DNA from: Lama glama
Lineage: Eukaryota
DNA: 64,000 nucleotides
NCBI GenBank assembly: GCA_028534125.1
Contig: CM052817.1
Span: 26,290,001 to 26,354,000, forward strand
Direction: 5' to 3'
Shown here: piece after piece, positions 50,601-62,173 of the stretch
Layout of the letters: every line of letters begins with the position of its first letter
Position numbering within the stretch: position 1 is the first letter of the stretch
Position numbers and translations under genes: made by a program
Notes under the pieces: generated by a model
Databases searched by the model: none
What the model saw: the letters and a program-made list of their open reading frames with translations, nothing else
Told to the model about the DNA's origin: nothing

Positions 50601-51797
50601 AAAAAAAAAATTGTATTTGTCAGTACAAATGAAAAGAGTCAACAAATACACATAATTGAATACAAACAGAAAAAAATAAACCAACTATATAAAAACGGAT
50701 AACCACTCAGGCAAAAGAATTTAAATTCAAGTAACAGGCACGGTTCTCTATACAACCTTAATGGGACAGAAAGAACTGCAAACAAATCTAAAAGTGGATG
50801 CTAAAACAGCTGAGTAAGAGTTGTTGGAAAACAAGCTACTCTTACAAACTATTTATTACTCTGACCATTACTTATTAATTACAAACTCTTTACAATGCAG
50901 AGAGTTGGCCAACTATACCCAAGTGATCAAACTTAGCTTAGCCAAGAGGACAAAATGATATTATATGTCTCCTGATATGATGATGCAAAGGGAACTAAAC
51001 AACATCAGTTGTATAGCATACTTGCTAAAAAAGGTTCAATCTAAATTTAAACATGAGGAAATAAAACAAAACAGATTATGGAACTCCTATAAGACAAATG
51101 CTTCAAAAACTGTCACATCATGAATGACACCTCCACCCACCCCTCCAAAAATGATTAAAGGACTTTCTAGATTAAAGGAAATGAAAGAGACATGACGAAT
51201 GCAAGTGTTCCCATATTGGAACTTGGATAGAGGAGGGAAAAAAGTCATTCTTAGGGTAATAGGGAATTTTACTGTCAGTACAATAGATATTACTGTATCT
51301 ATGTTAAATTTCTTGAGTATGATAATGATATTTGTGATAAAGTAGGAGAATGCTCTTGTTCTAGGAAGATTGTTGAAGCATTCAAAAGTAGAATGTCCAC
51401 TACTACTTAGTGTCTGCAAATAACTCTCAAACAAAGAAGTGTGATACATCTGTTTCCCTCTATGTGTGTTGGAGGGGTGGGGTGGGGGTGCTGGAGACAC
51501 ATAAAAACAAGAAAAAGTGACAAAATGTTAACAGCTGGTGAATCTCAGTGAAGGGATATAGGAATATAAGTGCTGAAGGTATAATTTTTCCAGCTTTTCT
51601 AGAGGTCTGAAATGTCACAAAATAAAAAGTTGAAATAGTTAAAAAAAAAAAAAAAGGTGGGAGAAAGCATCATTATGATCAGCTGGTAATACTCTCCAGT
51701 AAAAATTCAAATAATGTAAGAAACAGGTTCTACGATCAAATCATGAGCCTCCCCCATAATTTCCCCCTAATTAGCACATTAAAAATTCCCAACTTTT

Positions 51798-52327
51798 CCA
51801 TCAACATATGACTGAATGAAGAAGATGTGGTATATTTATACGATGGAATACTATTCAGCCACAAAAACCGACAACATAACACCATTTGCAGTAACATGGA
51901 TGTTCCTGGAGAATGTCATTCTAAGTGAAGCAAGCCAGAAAGAGAAAGAAAAAAACCATACGAGATCGCTTATATGAGGAATCTAAACAAAACAAAACAA
52001 AACAAAACATAAATACAAAACAGAAACAGACTCATAGACATAGAATACAAACTTGTGGTTGCCAAGAGGGTGGGAGGTGGGAAGGGACAGACTGGGATTT
52101 TAGAATGCAGAATAGATAAACAAGATTATACTGTATAGCACAGGGAAAAATATACAAGATCTTGTGGTAGCTCATAGTGAAAAAAAATGTAACAATGAAT
52201 ATATACATGTTTATGTATGAAAAATTGTGCTCTACACTAGAATTTGACACATTTTAAAATAACTATTACTCAATAAAAAATGTAAAAAACAAAACAAAAC
52301 AATAAATAAAAATTACATTCTAGAAAA
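51798..52327 (+). mobile_element. Young lineage-specific L1 3' fragment
   Basis: Highly similar to 37340-37840. TSD aaaaattcccaactttt at 51781-51797 and 52328-52344. Confidence 0.9.
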
Positions 52328-52491
52328 AAAAATTCCCAACTTTTTTCTTACAGTATTTAAAATAAATTTTACTAATCTAGCAAATTAGCTGCAAATATAT
52401 ACTGCTGTTTTTGAGAGTAAATCTTTCTCAAACGTATGGATGTAACTACAAAGTGTAGAGTTAATATGCTTTGACTTGTCATGAGTGCTCC

Positions 52492-53500
52492 TGTGGTAGA
52501 TTAAAGACAGCTACAAATTCTTTCCTACTTCTTCCATTGAGAAGTAGATTGGATTTTTCTCCCTTGAATGTGACCTGGACTATGACTATTTTAACCAGTA
52601 AAGTAAGGTAGAAGAATAATGCAGAAGTGCCACTGCTGATTCTGAGTCATCTTTAAAAGTATTGGCAACTTCCTCCATGGTGTCTTAGAACCCTGAACAT
52701 AACTACTCTGCTGGAGAGGCCACATGGAGAAGCCCTAACACTACATCACAGACAGGAAAAAGGGTCCAGCTAAGTCCAGTCGCTCAGTTTTTCCTACCTA
52801 GCCACCAAGTGTTTGAGAGAAGCCAGTATGTATATTCTAGACCAGTCTAATCACCAGTTGAGTACCACTGAGTGAGCCCAGTAAGCACTGTGGAGTAAAA
52901 TAATCAAGCCAAGCCCTGCCTTAATTTCTGATCCACAAAACACTAAGATAATAAGAAAACCTGCTCACAGGAGGCAAAAGGTGGAAGTAACTCAAGTGCC
53001 CATCAAAGGATGAAAGTTTAAACAAAAGGTGTTATATACATACAATGAAATATTATCTAGCCTTGAAAAGGAAGTGAATTCTGACACATACTACAATATA
53101 GATGAACCTTGAAGACATTATGTTAAATGAAGTAAGCCAGTCACAAAAACACCAATATTGTATGATCCCACTTATATGAGGCTCCCAGAGTAGTCAAATT
53201 CATAGAGGCAGAAAGCCAGAAAGGTGGTTGCCTGGGCTGGGGGAAGGGGAAAATAGAGAGGTACAGTTTAATGAGCACAGAGTTTCAGTTAAGGATGATG
53301 GAAGCGTTGTGGAGGTAGACAGTGATGAGACCGCACAACAATGTGAATGTACTTATGCCACTGAACTACACACCTAAAAATTATTAAAATGGTAAATTTT
53401 GTGTTGTATGTATTTTACTGTAATAAATGTTTTAAAAGTTGCTGTTTTACACCACTAGGTTTAGGGCTAGTTTATTACACAGCAACTGATAACCAGAACA
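52492..53500 (+). mobile_element. MLT1-type (MaLR) LTR split by an L1MB-like 3' fragment (~52965-53435)
   Basis: 5' tgtggtagattaaagacagctacaaattcttt and 3' gttgctgttttacaccactagg...tacacagcaactgataaccagaaca. L1 3'-end motifs lie between them. Confidence 0.72.
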
Positions 53501-54939
53501 GTTCCTCTACAAAAATGGAAGCCTAAAATAAGAATTGTGTTGTGCTAAGCATTACTTTACAAATGTATATTGGCTATATGTGAAGACTTCATTTTAAGAT
53601 ATCTTGCCTCTTCATCTAATTTTTAAATTTTTAGTAGAAACACCTGCATCAATACAAATATTAAAATCAAATATATAAACAAAATTCAGAATTGAAATTA
53701 TATATAGAATTATATGTATAATTTAACATACTATGTAGCAATTAGGGATAAATAAAAATCACTTATGAATGTGAAAATAATCAAAACCAAATTAAGTATT
53801 TCTGGGGTCCACCTGAAGGGAAGGAAAGGAAAGAATTCATGGCCTTCCTGCCCCTAATCTATTCAGCCCCTCTTCCAACCTAGGTTTGATGAGAAAAGGG
53901 AGATGCCCTACCTAAATTAAGACCACCACACCCTAATTCCTACTAAACTATCCAATAGGCCAGACTATAGAAAACAGAAGTAAGAGTGTGGGAAAGTGGG
54001 AGAGTGGCTGAAACAAAGAAAAGGATTACAGAAAAATACAAAGCAAACGCAGAAGTAACACCTGGTGGGAGAAAAATGGGGGACATTTTCAGAAAAATAA
54101 AACTCTATTATTTAATCTTTCCTAACTCTTAGCACCAAGATAGTATTCTGATTTGATTCTCTGACAGAATGAATATGGTAGATTCAGGTATGGAGTCGTA
54201 GCTAGAGAACTGTGTGGGGCATTGAACTCTGAGAGCAGGTAGTAACAAATGGATATAAGAAACAAATTTCATCTTCCCTATCTCTTCCTCTAAAAATCGA
54301 AGCTTATCAAAGTCTCCCACTTCCAAACTAGCAAGAAAGAAAGAAACAAAAGTAAGTGGCACATAGCTTTGTTGTAATACATGATCTGAGACAGAGTGTG
54401 TGTAACAAACTATGGGCAGAAGCACTTAATGGAACTTTGTACAACACTGTTTACAGATGTATTTTGAATATGTTATAAAACTTATCAGGCATGATCCATC
54501 CATTAGTTTCAGAATCCTGAACTAAATAGGAGGGACAATATGAGTGAACTATAGATCTTGATGCTTAATGTAACATAGGTACTAAAATGTTTGCTATCCT
54601 TCCAAACAGCTAACCTACTTCTATACGGTTTTTAACAATGCTGTCAATTAATATATATTTGTAACTTATCTAAATAACAAAACTGTTAATGATGGTTTTC
54701 AGCTTTATGTGTCTAGGATTGGTCACAACCTCTCAGACTCAGTTTATTCAACTGGAAAATTAGAATGAAATCAAATAACCTCTAACTACCTTTTAGTTCT
54801 AAAATTCTAAATATCTGTATTATCATCTCTAGTATGTCATCTCAAGTAAAGTACTTAGTTTCAATTCAAAATATTTGCAAATTAGCCTTCAATTCCAAAA
54901 ATAAAAATATTTCTCTAATCCAATATTAATACAAAGTAA

Positions 54940-55300
54940 TCATTCATTTATTCAACAAATACATGTTGAGCATCTAACTATGTGTCAGGCATTAAACTTG
55001 GCACTGGGAAGATACAAAAGTAAACAGATGTGGTACCTGTTTTCATGAAGCTTACAGAGAAGCTGGGGAGAAAAACCAAATATACATATGCATAACTGTA
55101 ATATCACAACTATAATAAGTAATATGAAGGAATTAAAAGAATATATAATAGGGGATCTAAGAAACTTTCCTTAAGAACAACAAATGAATGACAAGTAAAC
55201 TGAGAGGAAGGATATATATGGGCAACTGAATTTGGACTCTGTCTAGGTAGCAATCAGCAAGGCATGTTCAAGGAACTGACAGAAGGCCAGTGTGATTGGA
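54940..55300 (-). mobile_element. L2 3'-end fragment
   Basis: cattcatttattcaacaaatac.tgttgagcatct.actatgtgtcaggca signature. Confidence 0.7.
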
Positions 55301-57504
55301 CATAAAAATATTTAACACAGCTCCTTTAAAACAGAAATTAAAACTTCTAAAATACAAAAGTATGTCTTAGTCCTTCCAAAGAAATGGTCTAAGAATTATT
55401 TTCAAGGAAGCTTCAAAGCATCACAATAGTTTCTCTCTAATGTTTAAAAAAAAAAATGCTGTCGTATATATATATCTCTCTGCAGAAGACCAAGCTCTCA
55501 TTGATTCCTTTCTCTTTTCACTTCACTGTTTTTAACTACATAATGAAATTCACAACTTCTTCTTCTACTTAGTTTAGATTCCTTAGAAGAAAGCAGCTAT
55601 AAAAATAAAAATATACATTAGGCTATTGCTCTGGCTCTGCCACTAACCTGCTCTATGACTGATCTGGGTAAATATTACTTGACCACTTTGGGTCTAACTT
55701 TTGTTATCTGAGAAATAAAGGAAGTTTCAAAATTTACTTTAGGATCCTTCTAACTCTAAAATTATGGTTCTACTGTAAAAAATGCTTGTTCCATTCTTGA
55801 AAACTGAATAGAATGGACTAAACATCTCTGAATTCCACTGACCAAGATTTTACTTGCTTTTAAGCCCTCTTTGTATTTATATAACATTTTAACATTGTTG
55901 CTATAGTATAACAATAAACTACTGAACTTACAAAATCTACCCATAAATAAGCATCTAATGAACACAAAAATTATCAAAAATACAGTGAAATATTGTTTAA
56001 ATTGCTGGAATTCATTGGTTATATGTCCATTTATAGTTAACAGTATTTCTGCTATTTAATCTATTTTCAGATGGAAGTTATATATATAAAAACCACAACT
56101 TTTTAAGCCAGATTATCCATCGCTAGAATTCAACGTTTTAATATTCTTAATATGAAAACAGTAAAAATCTATAAACTTTTTACTTAACAGCTTTATATTT
56201 CATAATTCATATTTCATCATCTCAAAACACTCAGTATAATCTTAAGAAGCATCAGTTGAGTACCCTAATTCATGTGCAGTCTTTAGGATCCAGACTTATT
56301 TTAATGGAAGGCATTACATCCCATTCCTTCCAAAGGGGCAACAAATTGCAAAATCCAATTATATTTTAAAAAATAAACTACAGGAATACTTTAAATATTC
56401 ATTAATCACTAACAATATTGTAAACATCTACTAAACACTAAGTTCTAAGACCAAAAGGGCAAGATCATTTCCTAAAAATGCATTTCACCAAGTTGCCCAA
56501 GGTAGAAACATTGTCAACACTGTTTCTTCCCTCACTTCCCATCAAGTCTTTTTGATTCTAACTCTGACCTGTCTCTTGGATCATTCCCTATCTCTCTATT
56601 CCCATTCTCATAGCCCTAATTCAAGGTTTCAAAATCTTTCACCTAGACTACAGTTTCCTAGCTGGACTCCCCATCTCCAGTCTTGCCCTGTTCCAATCCA
56701 GCCCCAATGGTGATAACCAAAATGTCTTCAGCATTGCCAAATGTCCCCTGGGGGTCAAAGATGCCCTGGCTGAGAACCACTGCATCAAGTTGATCCCTTA
56801 ACAAGAAAGCACTTTGTCAGGCTGTGGCTACAATCTATGTCTTTGCAACAGAAAGCAAAAAATTGACTTACATAAGGCTGAAACTTAACAATCCTGACGT
56901 TAGGACCCCATGCTTAAAATAAATAAGCTGACACCTTATAAAAAGAGCCATAACACTCTCTTAAAACCCCTTTGAACATATGGACATAAATCATCACCTT
57001 ACTCCAAGTCTGAAATTTGAAAAGTCAGTACATAGTATAGACATATTTAAGCTTCTGGATATTAGAAAATTGTGATCATTTTGAAAATGCCTTTTGTGCT
57101 TAAATCAGTTTTCTCAGAAGTTGATGAAAATAGGGACCTTCCCAGGCAAATTACTGCCTACCTTTAAGATTGAAAGCTACTCTAAACAGTATTCTCATAA
57201 ATATTTCTAGGAACAACTTTTAAAACACTTGAATTCTCATACTTGAAAAACAGTAAGATTAAAAAAGAACACACACCCTCTTCTACTTTCCCATAATGAT
57301 TATGTCCCTAATTGAAATTATTATTCAATGATAAAGCCAAGATACAACAATACCTCTCAGAGGGAAAAGAGAAGACGTAAGATACCTTAAAAAACCCTGG
57401 TAGGTGAAACTTAAAAAGCCAGGCCCAGCAGAGCAGTAACACCACAGGAGAGACTCCTCCTAACACAGACGTCTATAGTGTGAGCATTTCATCCAGAAGC
57501 TTAC

Positions 57505-57645
57505 CTTCAGTCGTTTGATCATTTCGTCGGTGGTGATCTTGTCGGTGATCTCCTTTACCCCCGGAGGGTAAGCGATCTTCCCGTCGGCACTCACGACGCC
57601 ACAGAGGGCAGTGGCAGGCTTGGGCTGCGCGGTGGAGAAGTCCAT
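57505..57645 (-). CDS. PDS5A: PDS5A first coding segment in exon 2 (141 nt; [47 protein letters not shown]). The whole exon spans 57505-57685 with 40 nt of 5'UTR.
   Basis: ATG at 57645-57643 in strong Kozak context (aggATGg). The N-terminus is PDS5A-type rather than PDS5B-type. Donor |gtaagc, acceptor ttttctgaccgatag| at 57686-57687. Confidence 0.96.
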
Positions 57646-59300
57646 CCTGGGGGACAACTTTCCTTTCACAGTCCTCTACCGGCCTCTATCGGTCAGAAAA
57701 CAAAAGTTCAGCGGGAAAGGGGCGACTTTGTAACCTCTTTTTTCATTTCAAAAATCTCTAATCTGCAAAGGGCCCTTTCTCCGTGGAGGCCAGGAACTCG
57801 GCGGGGCCCCACCACCCGCTCCTTCCAGGTGCCTGGACCCTGGTGGCCGCCGCGCCGCCCCCACCCACGCGGGCCCCGCCAACCCCGGGCCCGCGGGGCT
57901 CCCTGGCACCAGCCGCCGCGGCCGCGGGAAGCGCCGAGCAGGAGTTTCCCATTCCGCCTTTCACAATGAAATCCACCCCAAGCACCGAGGTCCGAAGTTT
58001 GGCGGCCTTGAAAGCCCGGCGAGGCCCCCAAGGCCCCCGCTCGGTCAGAGAGAAGCCTCGAGTCCCGCCCGGCCGGTCCCCTCCGGGAAAGCAAACGCGA
58101 GGCCTATAGGGCTCGGCTTAGGCCGCAAAACTAGGGAGCTAACCGGACCCACACGCAGTGGTGGCTCCCGGGTACGAACGCCCTTGCCGGGCCGAGCTCC
58201 AGGACCCCCGGCGTCCCCGCCACGCTCCCGCCCCTCCGTGTCCCGCTCCCCCACCCCCGCGGGAGGGGGAAACAAGCCGCCCTCCACCCCAAACCCCAAG
58301 CCAGGAAGCGGCTGACGCGGCTCCGCACTTCACATTTTGTTCCTTCAACTTCGGCTGAGGGACCCTGGCGGCTTCTCTCGCCCCCAGCCACTGGGCACCG
58401 TCCGGCGCCGCCGAGGCCTTACCAGCACCTCCGGGCAGCCCCGCCGGGCCTCGGTCCCGCCGCCCCCCCCTCCCGCCTCCGATCTCCCCTTCCGTCCCCT
58501 CCCTCCACCAGCCGAGGGCGGGAGCCGAGCCGCCGCCGCCTTTACCTCCTCCTCATGCGGGCGGAAGGTGCATCGAGCGCCTGGGCCTCTGTCAGGTGGT
58601 TGCGCCGCCGCCCCTCTTCGGGCTGCACACAAAGCGGCTCCGCGGGTCCCGCCGCCGCCGCCCGCCCCGGAGCGGCGCTGGGGCTGGCGGTGCCGAGGAG
58701 GAGCAGTCGCCGCGGGGGGAGACGCGGGGCGAGTGTGCGCTGGGCGGGGAGACACTGCCGCTCTCTGTCTGGCCGAGGAAGAGCAGCCTCAGAGAAGGCT
58801 CCTCCGGGAGCGAGTGCGCGTGTGTCCGCCTGGGACCCCGCGGGCCGCCCGCCCGCACCTCGCGCCGGCCGGGTCCGCCGACCCGGACCCGGACGCCCCT
58901 CGCAGCGGTGCGCGTCCTGCCGTCCGTACTCCCTGCAGCCGGCGCCTCGCGCACACACCGGCCGGTCACGCGAGCGGTGCGAGAGCACGCGAGAGCAGGG
59001 AGCGCGCCTCGCTCCCTCCCCTTCCTCCGCTGGCCTTGCCTCCGCCTCCCTCGGGCCCGAGGCGGCCGCGCGCGGGCCAGACAGCGCCGCCACCCGGTTG
59101 GCGCCAAGACCTGCGGGGCGGAGCGCCTCCGGGAGGACTCCACCCCAAAGCGAGCAGAGGAGGAGCCCCGGTGGCGGGAAGCGAATCCGGTCCTCGCGGT
59201 CGTGTGAAGGCACGCAGGGAGAACAAGCTTTACCTTACGCCACGGAGATGAGTTCATGACTTTGGGGGGAGGGGGTCATCCTGAGGGACGTGGACGGAAA
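57520..59300. promoter_or_regulatory. CpG island / TATA-less PDS5A promoter with GC boxes and E2F-like sites
   Basis: Abrupt GC- and CpG-rich block in an AT-rich background. GGGGCGGAG at ~59115, TTGGCGCC at ~59098-59105, GGCGGGAA at 59173-59180. Confidence 0.9.
58546..59050 (-). other. PDS5A: PDS5A non-coding exon 1 (5'UTR); 3' boundary supported, 5' end (TSS) approximate
   Basis: Donor GAG|gtaaag at 58546/58545 inside the CpG island, upstream of exon 2. The TSS cannot be fixed from sequence alone. Confidence 0.7.
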
Positions 59301-60474
59301 TGGTTGAAAAACGGTTAATTACTTGGTGAAAATGAACTGATTTCCTCCCCAGGGACAGAAGATCTGCAAACTGAGGAAAAGTTTTGCAACATGGCACAAC
59401 GTGGGCTGCTCATTCTTGTTCCTTCTGACAGCCACCAGAGTTTGCCCTCCCCTCTTTGGATGTCTAAAATTAATATTTTGAAAGTTGCAAAATATGAAAA
59501 TAGCAGAGTCGAGTAGTTCTCAAGGAATGGTCTGAAACGCAGGTTCTCGGGCTTCACTCCCAAGCCTGGAGAATCAGGATCTCTGAGACTGGAATCCAGA
59601 GGTAAGCATGTTTACAAATTAGATAGATGATTCTTATGAACATGAAATAACTCATTTTTTAAAAAGTTTTAAAGATACCAAGGAATAACTTTTTCCTTCA
59701 TCTAAAGAAAAAACTAGTGCAGTGGTGTTTGAGCAGTTTAAAGTAAAAACTTGAAGCAAATGAACCTAAGAAGCATATACATAATTTCTGAAGATGAGGT
59801 TGAAAAAAGAACACAATACTATGAAATAGCATGCAGCTCTTGAAACTGACCACTAACAATTTAAAATGATATTCAGTTATTTATTTAAATTATTCTTGAT
59901 GATATCCGTTGGTCTTTTCCACATCCTTTGCTTGATCTTTAAAATATTGCAGGTACTGACCTCACTAAACTGTTTTTCAGGTGTTACACAGAGGAGCATT
60001 TATCTGGGAATCTAACACACAACAATTGCGGATTTGTTAGAACTGCCCAAAAGTCAGTGCCTTGTTCTTGGGCATTTACAGTTGCAAGCAGGATACATTT
60101 AAGATAATCTTCCTCCAAACTATTAAATCAACCAAAACTTACTCTTTTTAGGCTCTTCCTCTCACTTACGATTTTTATAAATCTCACATTTAAATAACTA
60201 AAGAATAATTACTTCTTGTTTTCATTCTTGCTCTAAGTAATTTACCCATTATTAAGTGGGTTTTTTTTATATACCCATAAGTTTTAATCTTATACAACTT
60301 CCTAGTTTGTTAATATTATTTGACCTTATAAACACTCAAAAGGTAGTAAGCTCTAAGGATCATAGCACATAAATAGAGTGAATATATTATTGTAAAATTC
60401 AGGAATTCTAAAATTCCTGTTTTTACTTCCTTTCTTAAACATTTGTTTCCACTTACAGTAAATGAGAAGAGGTA

Positions 60475-61400
60475 TATTCATTTATGCAACAATTATTTAA
60501 ATAGGGCCTACTATACAAGGTGCTATTTTGGGCACTGAGAAAAAAAAATCTGTAGTAGGGAGGAGACAAAAATCCCTGCCTGTTGTGGTGGAGCTTAATT
60601 TGTTTGGGCAGAGAAATAAATAAATAAATAAATAAATTGCTATGGAGGAAAATAAAGTAGAGAAGAGGAGTGATGTAGGTCACATATAACCTCTCAGGCC
60701 TTTGGCCTTTGGAAGGACTTTGGCATGTACTTTGACTGAGATGGGGAGTGTTTTAAAAAGAGAAGTGACATGCTATGATTTATGTTCTGTAAGCTAGACA
60801 ACCTTGGGCAAATTACTTACTCTCTGTGCTTCATTTTCCTCATCTGTAAAACAGGGATAATAATTTCTATCTCAGAGGGACATTATGAAGAATAAATAAC
60901 TTAATATTTGTGAAGTACCCTAAGAATAGTAGCTGGCACCTACTAAGCTCCACATAATTTTTAAAATCTGTGTAAAATGAAAGAATCACTCTGGTCACTG
61001 GGTTGAAAACAATATAGAGATGCAAGGGTAGAAGTAGGGTAACCGAGGATAAGACCTCTGCAAAAATCCCAAGAGGAGATGGTAATAAGGACCAGGTAGT
61101 AACAGTGGAAGTGATGAAAAGTGGTATAAGAAAAAGAGAGGAGTCAAGAAAGCTAGGATGAATCCAAAGTTTTAGACCTATGTAACTAGAAGAATAAAGT
61201 TACCACTAACTGACATAGGGTGGACTATGCTTAGAACAGATTTAGGGTCAGGATGTCTTTAGAATCTAAGCTGTTTGAAAGTTAATTTAGAAAACAGTTA
61301 CTGAGCTCCTGCAGTGGGTAAGGTGTTGTACTTGGCAACTGGGAAAGAATTTAGAAAACAAAAAGACAAAAGTCTCTGCTCCTGACAAGATCAGGGTCTA
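60475..61400. mobile_element. L2 fragments with a nested MIR (~60795-60950)
   Basis: L2 tail motif attcatttatgcaacaattattt. MIR core accttgggcaaattactt.ctctctgtgcttca.tttcctcatctgtaaaacagggataataa. Confidence 0.65.
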
Positions 61401-61451
61401 CTGGAGAATCAGAGACATACAATAAATCATAACTCGCAAGGCTGTGATATA

Positions 61452-61600
61452 TTTTATTTTTTTTAATTTTGGGGGGGAGGTAATTTAGGTTTATTTATTG
61501 TTTTATTTTATTGTTTTTTTAATGGAGGTACTGGGGATCAAACTCAGGACCTCTTGCATGATAAACCAGTGCTCTACCTCTGAGCTAGACCTGCCAACAC
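61452..61600 (-). mobile_element. tRNA-derived SINE (vic-1-like)
   Basis: Reverse-complement head (ggaggtactggggatcaaactcaggacc...gctctacctctgagcta) and ggtaatttaggtt core. Confidence 0.8.
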
Positions 61601-62001
61601 CTATTTTATAACAGAGATTTGAATTACACTCCCTGGAAGCCTAGGAAAGAGGTGCTATGGGAGCTTCTCACAGGAAGGGTCTTTTGAGGTTGGGCCTTGG
61701 AGAGTGAGTTGTTGTGGTAAGCAGTTGTTGTGGGGAGAGCAATAGCTAATAGAGATAACCACAAGGTGGGAAAATGATTAGAACAATGATTTCATAAAAA
61801 AATGGCTTGGCTTCATGAGCCTTATTCTATCCTCACATAATTTCCATCAGCTCCCCCCGCCCATATGCACACATACAAGCATACAATCTGTGTACAAAAT
61901 GTCATCCTACACAGCTTTAGGACAAACCCCTGACCCCTCATTTCAATTATACTACCAACGTAGAAATTCTAGATCCAAACTCTAAGGTGCTGCAACAATG
62001 G

Positions 62002-62173
62002 CAGTGTTCCACACTTGCGTTGCAAAATACAGTAGCCACCAGCCATGTGTGACTATAAAACATCTGAAAAGTCGCTACTGCAACTGGGGGACTGAATTTT
62101 TAAGTTAAATTAAATTAATCTAAAAATTTAAGCAGCCATATGTGGCTAGTGGCTACTATATTGACCAGTGCAG
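62002..62173. mobile_element. MER3-like hAT MITE
   Basis: Internal inverted repeat gtagccaccagccatgtgtg / catatgtggctagtggctac. Confidence 0.7.

Noticed and set aside
57708..59259. Many long overlapping ORFs (up to 304 aa) on both strands
   Set aside because: Low-complexity Pro/Arg/Gly/Ala translations in all frames, as expected from stop-codon scarcity in a CpG island. No recognisable domain.
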